Counted from the first letter of the stretch, positions 30,320 to 40,143 are shown. The stretch: 64,000 nt of DNA from Casimicrobiaceae bacterium (GCA_044225845.1 JBGAIC010000011.1:4054-68053), one strand, 5' to 3'. The notes: a model not told the origin generated them from the letters alone. Program-made: numbers and translations.

Positions 30320-31243
30320 TCACCGGATGGCTGTCGCAATCTCCGCGATCGCCGCATGTGCATCCGGCACGAGCCCGCCCATCTGCAGGAAGCCGTGGAT
30401 CATTCCGGGATAACACGAGTAGACCGTCGGCACGTTGGCGGCCTGCAGTCGTTGGGCGTACGCGGCCGCTTCGTCGCGCAGCGTGTCGTATTCGGCGGCG
30501 ATGATCAGCGTCGGGGGCAGACCCGAGAGATCGGGTGCATACAGCGGAGACAGCCTTGGGTCCTCGGCATCGAACGCCTTGCCCGCGTACGTACGGTAGT
30601 ACCAGTCCAGGTCGTCGCGCGGCACCAGGCATTCCGTCGGCTTCATTGCGATCGACGGGAAGGTGAGCCCGAAGTCGAGCACAGGCTGCAGCAGTACTTG
30701 ATGGCGGATCTGCAAGCGAGGATCCCGCTTTGCATGAAGCGCGGTGACCGCCGCAAGGTTGCCGCCCGCGCTCTCGCCGCAGATCACGACTGGACCCGGC
30801 TTGGCGTGGAGTTCCGCCGCATGCGTGCACGCCCACAGCGTTGCCGCCACCGCGTCGTCGATGGCGGCGGGGAAGGGATGCTCGGGCGCCAGGCGATAGT
30901 CGATTGACAAAACGAGGTGCCGCGCAAGATGCGCAAGGTTGCGGCAAAACGTATCGCTTTCGTCGAGCCCGCCTTTGACGTAACCGCCGCCGTGCAGATA
31001 TACCAGGGCCGGATATTCGACGTCGTCTTCGAGCGCGTAGAGTCGCGCGGGAATCGTCGCATTGCCCGAGGGAATCCGAAGATCCTCGACGCGATTCACG
31101 GGCAGGGCGGGGCCGGTCATCGCCGGTGTCCACAGCGAGTGAAACGCGCGGCGGACATCCGTTATCGGCAGTTCCCACTGCGGCGCTTTGGTGTTGGCCA
31201 GCTTGGTGTCGATCAGGTGTTGCAGGGCAGGGTTAAGAGGCAT
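30320..31243 (-). CDS. HSL-family esterase/lipase
   Basis: HGGG, YRLAPEHPFPA, GESAGG, YDTLRD, MIHGF. Confidence 0.93.
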   Translation of the reverse strand: MPLNPALQHLIDTKLANTKAPQWELPITDVRRAFHSLWTPAMTGPALPVNRVEDLRIPSGNATIPARLYALEDDVEYPALVYLHGGGYVKGGLDESDTFCRNLAHLARHLVLSIDYRLAPEHPFPAAIDDAVAATLWACTHAAELHAKPGPVVICGESAGGNLAAVTALHAKRDPRLQIRHQVLLQPVLDFGLTFPSIAMKPTECLVPRDDLDWYYRTYAGKAFDAEDPRLSPLYAPDLSGLPPTLIIAAEYDTLRDEAAAYAQRLQAANVPTVYSCYPGMIHGFLQMGGLVPDAHAAIAEIATAIR

Positions 31244-31381
31244 GCTGCTGGGTCCGGTCGGTGGGGAGGGCGGCCGTTAGCTTGGGTGATTGCGTTCCAG
31301 TTCGCAACTGGGCGCATGAGGCGCTTGCCGACGTCGGATTCAGGTTCCAAACTGGCGCCATTCCATCGAGGAGGAGGCAAC

Positions 31382-31711
31382 ATGCTGCTTCGACTTGCTC
31401 TTGGCGCCGTCGCTGCGCTGACGCTGGCGGGCTGCCAGAGTTCAATGGCCGATCAGAAGCCCGGCCCGTCGATCGGCGTGGGCAATCCCTACCCGGTCTC
31501 CAAGTACACCTGCGGGGAGACGCGCCTGGACGTTCGCTTGATGGGCGAGAAAGCGTCGGTGTCCGTCAACGGCGCGAGCGCAGTCGATCTCCCGGTGATG
31601 GATCAGTCGGGCACGACCTTCTCGAACGGACGGCAGACGCTGTACATCAAGCAAGGGGCGCTTTCCTGGGCCGTAGGGCGGGCCACGCCCGTCGCCTGCA
31701 CTGGCGGGTGA
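31382..31711 (+). CDS. MliC-like lipoprotein
   Basis: GAGGAGG RBS, lipobox LAGC, YTC...SGTTFSNG...LYIK...C pattern. Confidence 0.6.
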   Translation: MLLRLALGAVAALTLAGCQSSMADQKPGPSIGVGNPYPVSKYTCGETRLDVRLMGEKASVSVNGASAVDLPVMDQSGTTFSNGRQTLYIKQGALSWAVGRATPVACTGG

Positions 31712-31799
31712 TCCGCCTGTCGTCGGTAGATCTTGGAAACGACTACGGCGACTGAAGGACATTAGCTGCGACTGGCAGCTGCGGTCGCGGCGCCGGTGG

Positions 31800-32348
31800 T
31801 CAGCGCGGCAACGCCTTGACCGCCGCGAGCATGTGCTTGACGTGGTCGTCGGGATCCGGCGACGAATACACTGCGGCGACGTGCCCGCTGCGGTCGATCA
31901 CGTAGGACGTGCGGGCGGAGTAGCGCGGCGCCATGGCCAACACCGAATCGTAGGCCTTCGCAACCTTGGCGCCATCGTCGGCGGCGACGGCGAACTTGCC
32001 GCCGCAGTGCTCGGTCTCTTTGGAGAAGTCCGCGAGCTCGCTCGTATTGCCCGCGGTGACACCGACCACCGTCGCGTTCATCGCCGCGAACGTGTCGATC
32101 GCTTCCGAGAAGAGGTGGGCCTCGACGTTGCAGCCCGTGGTGTGCGCGGCCGGGAAGAAATACACGACCACCGGCCCCTTCTTCAACGCCTGCTGGAGGT
32201 CGAACGTGAACGGCTTGCCCGCGAGATAGGCGGGCAGCGCGAACTCCGGTGCGCTGGCGCCGACCTTGAGATCCGCGACGGCGATGGAGGGCAACGTAGA
32301 GAGCGCCGCTGCGGCGGCCAACGCAAGGGTGAGAGCTGCGTCTTTCAT
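31800..32348 (-). CDS. Exported peroxiredoxin (BCP/PrxQ type)
   Basis: YFFPAAHTTGC (PxxxTxxC), RTSYVID; signal peptide. Confidence 0.88.
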   Translation of the reverse strand: MKDAALTLALAAAAALSTLPSIAVADLKVGASAPEFALPAYLAGKPFTFDLQQALKKGPVVVYFFPAAHTTGCNVEAHLFSEAIDTFAAMNATVVGVTAGNTSELADFSKETEHCGGKFAVAADDGAKVAKAYDSVLAMAPRYSARTSYVIDRSGHVAAVYSSPDPDDHVKHMLAAVKALPR

Positions 32349-32510
32349 GTCGATGAAGCCTCGGACGTCGCGCGCGGATCGAGACGGGAAGTATAGGTGC
32401 TCGCTGTCCGCGTTGCACGACGGGTGGCGACTGTGCGGTATTCGTGCAGCTGGGCAGCGTCGACCGTCCGCAAGGCATCATTGGTGAGGAGGGCGGTCGC
32501 TAGCGTGGGG

Positions 32511-32819
32511 TCACGCAGCGCCGACCCGCTCACCCCACGGCTTGATCTTGGCGAGCGTGCTTGCGAGCATCACTTTAGCGAGCCTTGTATCGTGGTCCGC
32601 TTGCAGGCGCAGCCACCAGCCGTCCGATTGCCCGAAGAAGCGGCACAGCCTAAGGTCCGTGTCGGCCGTGACCGCACGCTTGCCCGCGATGATGTCCCCT
32701 ATACGTTGCGCGGGAACATCAATCTCCTTGGCCAGCCGGTAGTTGCTCATGCCGAGAGGCTTGAGGAATTCTTCGGCGAGCATTTCGCCGGGGGATACCG
32801 GCTTGAGCTTTCTGCTCAT
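32511..32819 (-). CDS. higA: HigA family antitoxin
   Basis: PGEMLAEEFLKPLGMS..RLAKEI, TADTDLRLCRFFG..WWLRLQ. Confidence 0.92.
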   Translation of the reverse strand: MSRKLKPVSPGEMLAEEFLKPLGMSNYRLAKEIDVPAQRIGDIIAGKRAVTADTDLRLCRFFGQSDGWWLRLQADHDTRLAKVMLASTLAKIKPWGERVGAA

Positions 32820-32831
32820 CCCAATTCTCCG

Positions 32832-33113
32832 TCAATGATAGTCGACGATCTCGACGTCTTCCGCGGCGTCGCCAGTCCACCGGAAGCAGATGCGGAACTG
32901 GTCGTTCACGCGGATGCTCCATTGGCCCTCTCGGTTTCCACGTAGCCGCTCGAGTCGATTCGCGGGCGGGGCACGGAGATCTTCGAAGCTCCGGGCAATG
33001 TGGATCTGCTGCAGCTTCCGCAGCGCCGGTCGCTCGATGTTCTTGAAGCGGGCAACCGGCTGAAGCTCGAACAAGGCTTCGGTGTCGGCGCACTTGAAGG
33101 ATCTGATCGACAC
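32832..33113 (-). CDS. higB: HigB (RelE/ParE family) toxin
   Basis: IRSFKC, DLRAPPANRLERLRG, SIRVNDQFRICF, VEIVDYH; lies upstream of the antitoxin. Confidence 0.92.
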   Translation of the reverse strand: MSIRSFKCADTEALFELQPVARFKNIERPALRKLQQIHIARSFEDLRAPPANRLERLRGNREGQWSIRVNDQFRICFRWTGDAAEDVEIVDYH

Positions 33114-33121
33114 GGCGATAG

Positions 33122-33152
33122 TAACGTAGCGCGTTATTAACGGCAAGCGTTA
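33122..33152. promoter_or_regulatory. Tandem palindromic operators, probably bound by HigA
   Basis: TAACG-N5-CGTTA at 33122-33136 and 33138-33152, directly upstream of higB. Confidence 0.7.
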
Positions 33153-33320
33153 TTATCGGTTGCTTGATGCTTGCAAGGCTCAGGAGACTCCGAGCCTGGG
33201 CGGCTATCGCCCATATGTTGTTCGGACTGTCGAGTTGCAGGCAATCAGCCATTCGGCTGTGGCGGGGTGTCAGCGGAGCGAGGCTGATCTTGTCGAGCGC
33301 GAGATTGCTCGCTTTTGCCT

Positions 33321-34199
33321 TCAACGTTCCATACGCGGCGCTATCGAGTCCAACTCGCGCACCACCTCCGCCGGCAGCCTGAGCTGCCCCGCGGCAAGAT
33401 TCTCGCGCAAATGCACGCGCGACGACGTCCCCGGAATCAGCAGGATATTGGGCGAGCGTTGCAGCAACCACGCTAGCGCCACCTGCATCGGCGTCGCGCC
33501 AAGCCGCGTCGCCACGGCATTGAGCGTCGACGACTGCAGCGGCGTGAAGCCGCCCAGCGGAAAGAACGGAACGTAAGGGATACCGTCGCGCGCCAGCGCA
33601 TCCACCAGCGCGTCATCCTCGCGATGGGCGATGTTGTACTGGTTCTGCACGCAGACGATCGGGCAGATGCGCTGTCCTTGCGCCACCTGCGTCGCCGTCA
33701 CGTTGCTCAGGCCGATGTGGCGGATCAGCCCCTGTTGCTGCAGCCGCGCGAGCGTGGTGATCGGCTCCTCCAGCGAGCCTTCCGCCGGCCCATGCACGTC
33801 GAACATGCTGCGCAGGTTGACCACGTCGAGCACGTCGAGGCCCAGGTTGCGCAGGTTGTCGTGGACGGCCTGCGTGAGCTCCGCGGGCGACATCGCGGGC
33901 AGCCAGGAACCGTCCGGCCCGCGACGCGCGCTCACCTTGGTGACGATCGTGAGCGCGGCCGGGTAGGGGTGCAGCGCCTCACGAATGATCTGGTTGGTGA
34001 CGTGCGGGCCGTAGAAGTCGCTGGTGTCGATGTGATTGACGCCAGCGTCCACGGCGTCGCGCAGCACCGCGATGGCGGCCTGGCGATCCTTGGGCGGCCC
34101 GAACACATGCGGTCCCGCCAGCTGCATCGCGCCATAGCCGATTCGGTTGACCGTGCGGCCGGCGAGTCGATAGGTCCCTGCGGTGGCGGCGGCATTCAT
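33321..34199 (-). CDS. Aldo/keto reductase
   Basis: GYGAMQL, IDTSDFYG, IGLSNV, VQNQYN, IPGTS. Confidence 0.92.
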   Translation of the reverse strand: MNAAATAGTYRLAGRTVNRIGYGAMQLAGPHVFGPPKDRQAAIAVLRDAVDAGVNHIDTSDFYGPHVTNQIIREALHPYPAALTIVTKVSARRGPDGSWLPAMSPAELTQAVHDNLRNLGLDVLDVVNLRSMFDVHGPAEGSLEEPITTLARLQQQGLIRHIGLSNVTATQVAQGQRICPIVCVQNQYNIAHREDDALVDALARDGIPYVPFFPLGGFTPLQSSTLNAVATRLGATPMQVALAWLLQRSPNILLIPGTSSRVHLRENLAAGQLRLPAEVVRELDSIAPRMER

Positions 34200-34305
34200 C
34201 GTGCGTCTCCTCGATTGGATGCGTCGAAGATACGGATGCCGCGCCTGCTTGGGAATAGGTACAATCAGCACAGGCTGTACGCGAATGCGCACAATAGGGA
34301 TGCCC

Positions 34306-35244
34306 ATGAAGCCGGATCTCGCCGACGTGAATGCCTTTGTCGCCGTCGCGCGAGCGGGCGGCTTCCGCGACGGCGCGCGTGCCAGCGGCACCAGCGCGTC
34401 GGCGTTGAGCGAAGCGGTGCGACGGCTGGAGGCCGCGCTGGGCACCCGGCTCCTCAACCGGACCACGCGCAGCGTTGCGCTCACGGAAGCGGGCGCGCGT
34501 CTGCTGGCGCGCTTAAGTCCCGCGCTGGCGGAAGTCGACGATGCGTTGCAGGTGGTGAACAGCCAGCGCGACCGCATCGCAGGCACGCTGCGACTCAACG
34601 TGCCCGTCAGCGTCGCGCGCCTGGTTCTGCCCAGCATCGTCCCCGCGTTCCTGGCCGCGTACCCCGACATCCGCTTGGAGGTGATCGTCGACGAGAACTT
34701 TGTCGACGTGCTCGCGGCGGGATGCGACGCCGGGATTCGCTATGACGAGCGGTTGGAGCAGGACATGATCGCCGTGCCCATCGGGCCGCGGGTGCAGCGG
34801 TTTGCGTGCGCGGCGTCGCCGGCTTATCTAGCGAAGCATGGGACGCCGCGGCATCCGCGGGATCTGTTGAAGCATGCTTGTTTGCGCGGGCGGTTTCCTA
34901 GCGGATCTATGGCCGCGTGGGAGTTTGAGCAGAAAGGCGAGCGGCTAAAGGTCGATCCGAATGGGCCTTTGCTCGTGCTGTTGGGCGGTGGGACTGATCT
35001 GCTCGTCGATGCGGCCCTTAACGGTTCCGGTGTCGTGTATCTATTCGAGCAGTGGTTGAGGCCACATTTGCGAAGTGGATCGCTTCGGTCAATTTTAGAG
35101 ACGTGGTGGCTCGAGTTCAGCGGCCCCTATCTGTACTACCCAGGCAGGCCGCTGCTGCCGGCGCCTTTGCGAGCGTTGGTCGACTTCGTTCGATCTGCGA
35201 ACGAAAAAGAGACGCCTGACTTTCAATTCTCGGCTCTCACTTGA
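34306..35244 (+). CDS. LysR family transcriptional regulator
   Basis: SALSEAVRRLE..LLNRTTRSVALTEAG; 3' part has shifted codon usage. Confidence 0.92.
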   Translation: MKPDLADVNAFVAVARAGGFRDGARASGTSASALSEAVRRLEAALGTRLLNRTTRSVALTEAGARLLARLSPALAEVDDALQVVNSQRDRIAGTLRLNVPVSVARLVLPSIVPAFLAAYPDIRLEVIVDENFVDVLAAGCDAGIRYDERLEQDMIAVPIGPRVQRFACAASPAYLAKHGTPRHPRDLLKHACLRGRFPSGSMAAWEFEQKGERLKVDPNGPLLVLLGGGTDLLVDAALNGSGVVYLFEQWLRPHLRSGSLRSILETWWLEFSGPYLYYPGRPLLPAPLRALVDFVRSANEKETPDFQFSALT

Positions 35245-35584
35245 CTGTCAGTCGTGCGCTCGAAAGCAGCTGCTTGCAAAATGCACTAGTTGCCGTGTAG
35301 GTTGCGCTCGGATTGGGGCCGGTGCTGCCTAGGTCGACGCACCGGATAGAACGCTTCTGACCGGGCGAGCCCAGCGACGATTCTCAACGCTGAATTGCCG
35401 ATGGCCGGGGTCGCGCCAACGCGTGCACTCATCTCGCGCTTGGCCCAGGCGCGGCAACGACTCTCGCTGTCGGATACGCAGTCTGTATAGCATCGTATCG
35501 ATGACCAGAAGAAGATCAGTTGTCGGCGCGATATATATCGGAAGCTCGGAGGCGTGAAGGTTCTACCGCCAATGCGGAGGGCGC

Positions 35585-37462
35585 ATGAGTGTAATAGCCG
35601 AAGTGGTCACTGCGATAGCGATAAAGACTCTTGAGAAGGGGGTCGAATGGCTGCATAAGAACGGCCTACCGATACCCACGTCTTTTTATGTTCGCGCGCT
35701 GGCAGCTGGCTTTCGCGACATGCCGTTCATATACAAGGACTTGCCACTCGACGTGTTGCAAGATTTTGTGGAAACGGATCTTGCACCGGCAAAGACTCGT
35801 GGACTTGGAAGCGAGGTCCAGCGTGCATATCGAACCAAAGAGATATTCCGACCGCTTCGGGACTATAGGCACATTGTCCTTAGCGGCGACGCTGGCATGG
35901 GCAAGACCACGCTATTTAGGCTCGCCGTCCAATCAATTGCAAAGAACCGCGATGCAAAGTCGCATGTAGCACTAGAGAACAATCTAGTACCGTTCTTCGT
36001 GCCACTGAAGGCTATCGACAACAACTCAACGTCACCAATACTGAGATATCTATTCACCAATGTGTCATATCTGAAGGGCCCGCGAGGACCGAGCAGACTT
36101 TTGTCATTGGCACGCAGGGGGCGAGTGATGTTGCTGTTCGATGCATATGATGAAATGCCATATGTAGGCGGCACTAGATATATTCAGGACGAACTTGCGT
36201 TTCTGCTCGACCCCTCTGCAGATGATCCACGCAGTCAGTTCACTAACCGAGAGTTCCGCGAGATTTATCTCGCGCTGAGGACTTGTCGGATGTGGATTTC
36301 CTCACGTCGCGAGTTTCTAAAGGCGTTTCCACTTGCTAGCACCAGCAAGGCAAAGGAGATCGTCAATCTAGGATTTACGCACCAAAGAATTCAATTGGTC
36401 AAGAAGATATTCGACCGCTATCGAGAGCGAGGCGGGGCGTTCTTCGCTGACCGCCTAGACGAAGAAGATTTCATGCAGCAATTATCGATTCGAAGCAACT
36501 CGGTTGTTGAACAGCTGTCGCGAACCCCGCTATTCCTTACAGTGCTTTGCTATACGTATGCGGCATATGTTCGAGAAGAACGCGACACAGGCGAGATGTG
36601 GCGTCTAGGGCAGTATGAGCTCATCGAGATCTGTCTGGGCCTTCTGTTGGTAGACATCGATGAGATGAAGACTCGAGGTTACTCCGCCTTGAAGCGCAAG
36701 ACGCTACTGAATCGGCGCGCGGCCTTTACCGAGGAAAAGCTGCAGCTCTTGCGCTACTTGGCAGCGAAAACATACTTGGACCGGCCTACAGTAATCTACC
36801 GAGGCTGGCTGGTTGAAGAAGCCAAGATGTATTTTTCTCAGTCCATCGGGCCCAATGCGGCCACGATTTTGAGAGGGCTAGACAATGATGATCCGACGAC
36901 AAATATCGTTGATCAATTAATTCTTTCCGATGTTTTTCTACGCTTTGCGGATACAGAAAAGGGTGCCGCATACGAGTTTCCGCATGCGCGCTTTAGGGAG
37001 GCGCTCGCAACGGACTACTTTTCAGAACCAGAAAATATCGGAAGCTTTTTCGCGCGCCAGAGCGAGTCCCAGTTTGCTGAACTGACTTCAGTATTTGTGG
37101 ATCGCTTTGGAGCCCGGTCAACGACGCTGGAGGCGCTGAAGAGCAAGATCTGCGGAGAGGCGTCTTCGATCCATGATGCCCCATTGCTCCAGCGATGCTT
37201 GGAGCAATTGAAATCAGCGCGTGAGGTGAAGGATCATGTGCTGGGATTGGTGTTGACCCTAGCGAGGGATGACGAGCGATCCGAAAGCGTAGTGCTGCCG
37301 GCAGACGTTCTACAAGTAGATCTTGCGGCAGATGCGGTGGAGCGGGGAAGAATAAGAAGGGTCTTAGAAGACTCGATCGCCCGACGCGTTTCTTGGCTGC
37401 TCGCGCTCTCCTTTCCTCTGTATGCAAGCCTATCGCGCGACGACGCGTGCGCGCGCTGTTGA
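35585..37462 (+). CDS. NACHT-family (STAND) P-loop NTPase, probably continuing to 37832 across a frameshift
   Basis: GGAGG RBS; Walker A GDAGMGKTT, Walker B LLFDAYDE, ISSR, TPLFL, FPHARFRE. Confidence 0.85.
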   Translation: MSVIAEVVTAIAIKTLEKGVEWLHKNGLPIPTSFYVRALAAGFRDMPFIYKDLPLDVLQDFVETDLAPAKTRGLGSEVQRAYRTKEIFRPLRDYRHIVLSGDAGMGKTTLFRLAVQSIAKNRDAKSHVALENNLVPFFVPLKAIDNNSTSPILRYLFTNVSYLKGPRGPSRLLSLARRGRVMLLFDAYDEMPYVGGTRYIQDELAFLLDPSADDPRSQFTNREFREIYLALRTCRMWISSRREFLKAFPLASTSKAKEIVNLGFTHQRIQLVKKIFDRYRERGGAFFADRLDEEDFMQQLSIRSNSVVEQLSRTPLFLTVLCYTYAAYVREERDTGEMWRLGQYELIEICLGLLLVDIDEMKTRGYSALKRKTLLNRRAAFTEEKLQLLRYLAAKTYLDRPTVIYRGWLVEEAKMYFSQSIGPNAATILRGLDNDDPTTNIVDQLILSDVFLRFADTEKGAAYEFPHARFREALATDYFSEPENIGSFFARQSESQFAELTSVFVDRFGARSTTLEALKSKICGEASSIHDAPLLQRCLEQLKSAREVKDHVLGLVLTLARDDERSESVVLPADVLQVDLAADAVERGRIRRVLEDSIARRVSWLLALSFPLYASLSRDDACARC

Positions 37463-37832
37463 GGCCGCGATGGAGCGTTGCACCAGTTTAGATGACTTCG
37501 GATGGCAGCTGTTCGCGCACCAATTGTCAATTAGCCCGCGCGATGCGATCGCGTTTGCGCTTGGTGTAGGGTGGCCTCGCCATCGCGTTGAGGTTCCTGA
37601 TGACGCTGCAACCGTGACGTTCTCGAAGATGGTATTTCATTGGAGAAGCATCGGTTCCCGCAACGAGGCCTTCTCGTTGTTGGAGAATCACTTTGGCGCA
37701 GATTTGAGTGCCGAACAATGGATCCACAGGCTTAAGCAGGTATTTCCAGTTCAAGGCCACAGCGCCGCATCTGCCAATCCTCCTGCAGGCTGGACCGACA
37801 CATACTCGCCCGTTCACCGGATCTGGACGTAA
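37422..37832 (+). CDS. Probable out-of-frame C-terminal part of the NACHT protein
   Basis: Overlapping +1 frame opens before the NACHT stop, with a (GC)4 run at 37449-37456 at the junction. Confidence 0.5.
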   Translation: MQAYRATTRARAVEAAMERCTSLDDFGWQLFAHQLSISPRDAIAFALGVGWPRHRVEVPDDAATVTFSKMVFHWRSIGSRNEAFSLLENHFGADLSAEQWIHRLKQVFPVQGHSAASANPPAGWTDTYSPVHRIWT

Positions 37833-38067
37833 TGCGGATCGGAGGAGGCCCATCGAAATGGAAGGGTAGGATGACGGTTCGCCGCTGCAGAGCTGGACCT
37901 ATCCCCGCACAAGGGTCACTCGTTTGATGTGACGTGAGCGCAATTGCACCCCATGAGAAAGTCATCGTTGGCCATGGAAGAGCTGATGTCTCCAACTGGT
38001 CAGGCAAAAAGCCGGACTTCCTACAAGCTACAGAGTATTTTCGGCCTTAGTTGCGAAGGGTGCGCCC

Positions 38068-38604
38068 TTGAGCGATTTCGGGCTGTACACAACCCGGGCA
38101 CAGATATTTCGGTTCGCGAATCGTTATAGGGTAGCAAGGGCGTTTGCCGGCGTATCGCTAAACGGGTATTCGGATCCTTCGAACAGGGCTTATGGAGCTC
38201 TTTTTCGTTTGCTTCTTACCTGCTCGATGCTAGAGCAATACCAAGTGATCACGAAGCTCAGTTGGGAAGATATCGATGGATTAGTCGGACCATCGGATCG
38301 CGGCAGATGCCTGGATTTGGTGCGAGAGTCAGACAAGGACGGCAAGTTCTTCGATGCGGTATGCGCGCGAACCAGGAATCCGGCGCTTAGAAATCGTGTG
38401 CGCGAATGCATCAGCGGCAATAGCGCTTCACTTGTGTCGCTGATTCAGAGCGTACGCCACGCATTTGCGCACGGCGACTTAGCGCCTGGCGCCGGGGGTG
38501 CAGCTCCTGGCGTCGCCCAGAAGCTGTCAAAATCGGCGTGTTCGCTCTTTCTGCGCGCAGTCGATAGGGACTTCTCAATCCGCGTAGAGCGTCTTCAAGA
38601 TTAA
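38068..38604 (+). CDS. Hypothetical protein with HEPN-type RxxxxH motif
   Basis: Helical protein with SVRHAFAHG near the C-terminus. Start uncertain; the frame is open from 37987. Confidence 0.6.
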   Translation: MSDFGLYTTRAQIFRFANRYRVARAFAGVSLNGYSDPSNRAYGALFRLLLTCSMLEQYQVITKLSWEDIDGLVGPSDRGRCLDLVRESDKDGKFFDAVCARTRNPALRNRVRECISGNSASLVSLIQSVRHAFAHGDLAPGAGGAAPGVAQKLSKSACSLFLRAVDRDFSIRVERLQD

Positions 38605-38680
38605 GCGTTATGAGGCGATATTGGTGTTGCGTAGCGGCCCCGTCAATTGACTGGTAGGGGCCTCTTGATTGTTTTGGTCG

Positions 38681-39622
38681 CTACGTAGCGCTTTCGACGT
38701 TTGGGTCGGCCAAACGATAAGTTGTCACTGATTGTCGCCGCAAGCGGTCGAAGAATACTTTTTTGGAGACGTTCAGCGATACGGTTTGGCCGAGGTGATA
38801 TTTTTTGACCACTGGAAAGAGTTCGCGGGAATAGAGTACTCGCAAACGTGCTCCGTCGTGAGACCGAACTTCAAGGCTCCCAGTATCCGAGAGTTTCGAA
38901 ATCTCACCATCCAACGTGTCCTGTGATGTTGTCGGTTCTCCTAGATTTCTAATACGCGAACGGAAAGCCTTAATTTCCGTCGGAGAACTGCGCCAGCTAT
39001 GCAGTGTAGAGTTTGGTGCTTCCCACTTAATCTCCACGGCGAGATCATTGTTCGCAGCCTCTCCAATTGCGCTCGCAATGTGCCTTGTAGACTTGGCGCC
39101 GATCGAGTCGGCAGCTTGGAAAAAGGTGTCTGCGTCGTCGTTAAGCACTCCAAATACTCCTATGAGTGCCGACTCCAGTAACGAAGCTCCAGTTAGATCT
39201 GGTGCAGTATTGCCGGAGATGAATAGTCGCGTGGAACCAGCGCCGATTCCCACTAGGCGGAGATCAAGATGATTGATCAGGCTTTGTGGAATCGATCGAG
39301 AGGGTTCGCGTCCGGTTGCTAAGCAGTGCGCGGCGGACGCTAACGCACTGTTTAAGGGGCCCGTTAAACGCGCAAGGATGCTGAGTGGAACCGACCCATT
39401 TTTCGCGCTTGCACCTACGAGGCGGACCTCCAGGAGCTCGCGGGCTCTTGCATGCTTCTCGCGATGAAGTTGGGCGCGCAGATCGTTGAGCTGCGCGCGC
39501 TTGGCGTCCGCGAAGAAGAGGGCAGATTGATCTAACGGGTCAATCTGCAATAGAGCCTCCTCGTGCCGAAGAAAGCCCTCAACCGCGGATATCTGCCCCT
39601 CGAGATCGTCAAGTTCCGGCAT
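38681..39622 (-). CDS. Hypothetical protein (N-terminal coiled coil, alpha/beta core, C-terminal OB-like beta region)
   Basis: 313-aa ORF overlapping the upstream NTase-like gene; no recognised catalytic motif. Confidence 0.75.
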   Translation of the reverse strand: MPELDDLEGQISAVEGFLRHEEALLQIDPLDQSALFFADAKRAQLNDLRAQLHREKHARARELLEVRLVGASAKNGSVPLSILARLTGPLNSALASAAHCLATGREPSRSIPQSLINHLDLRLVGIGAGSTRLFISGNTAPDLTGASLLESALIGVFGVLNDDADTFFQAADSIGAKSTRHIASAIGEAANNDLAVEIKWEAPNSTLHSWRSSPTEIKAFRSRIRNLGEPTTSQDTLDGEISKLSDTGSLEVRSHDGARLRVLYSRELFPVVKKYHLGQTVSLNVSKKVFFDRLRRQSVTTYRLADPNVESAT

Positions 39623-40124
39623 GGGTGAGGTCTATCACAGCTATTCCTCTAGGACCAAAGCCGTGCCGCGCCTGACCAAGCTGCCCCATCCAGTATTCGC
39701 GTCTAGTTGTGTCGTTCGCCGGTTCCACGTATACGTCACAGCCATATCGAACACGCATTAGCGGGCGGTCTATCAGCTCACGCAATATCGCAAGTGACCG
39801 ATGAGGTATGCCGCAAATCGCTGTGCGCGGGAGAAAGAAAACAGCATCAAGATCATCCGGAGACTCTTTAGCTGTTGCGAACGAGCCCGCGAGCCATATT
39901 TCGCCCGTCAGCCCAATTGATGATTGGCGGTTATACAACAACGTAAAGCCATTTAGGAGTTCGAGACGGCGGTCTGGATTGGGGAATGGGGCGACGAACG
40001 TTGCTCGCAGACTGCCGAGGGTAAAGCGGTGCAGCCCCGGATCGAGAAGGGCTGGATAAGGCGGTTGCGCGTATACAGCAGTACGCGCCGCCGACGGGGC
40101 CAAAGATGCAGTCTTTGGGTTCAA
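39609..40124 (-). CDS. DUF6932-like protein (pol-beta nucleotidyltransferase fold)
   Basis: LLDPGLH..TL...F, RRLELL, IWLAGSFATAKESPDDLDAV (GS...DxD), GIAVIDL. Confidence 0.72.
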   Translation of the reverse strand: MNPKTASLAPSAARTAVYAQPPYPALLDPGLHRFTLGSLRATFVAPFPNPDRRLELLNGFTLLYNRQSSIGLTGEIWLAGSFATAKESPDDLDAVFFLPRTAICGIPHRSLAILRELIDRPLMRVRYGCDVYVEPANDTTRREYWMGQLGQARHGFGPRGIAVIDLTHAGT

Positions 40125-40143
40125 CGGTTCGATATCGCCTATC

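Larger units (their letters stand above)
35245..40143. mobile_element. Low-GC horizontally acquired cassette (putative defence island, no integrase)
   Basis: Visibly lower GC (about 50-55% by eye), many A/T-ending codons; NACHT, HEPN-motif and NTase-like genes. Confidence 0.7.

Noticed and set aside
32511-33152. higBA as a novel system
   Set aside because: Ordinary toxin-first HigBA with typical operator palindromes.
38068-40124. Classical HEPN/MNT toxin-antitoxin operon
   Set aside because: The HEPN-motif and NTase-like genes are convergent and separated by another gene; MNT-HEPN pairs are adjacent and co-oriented.
35245-40143. Prophage or integrative element
   Set aside because: No integrase, transposase, structural gene, tRNA target or flanking direct repeat was found.
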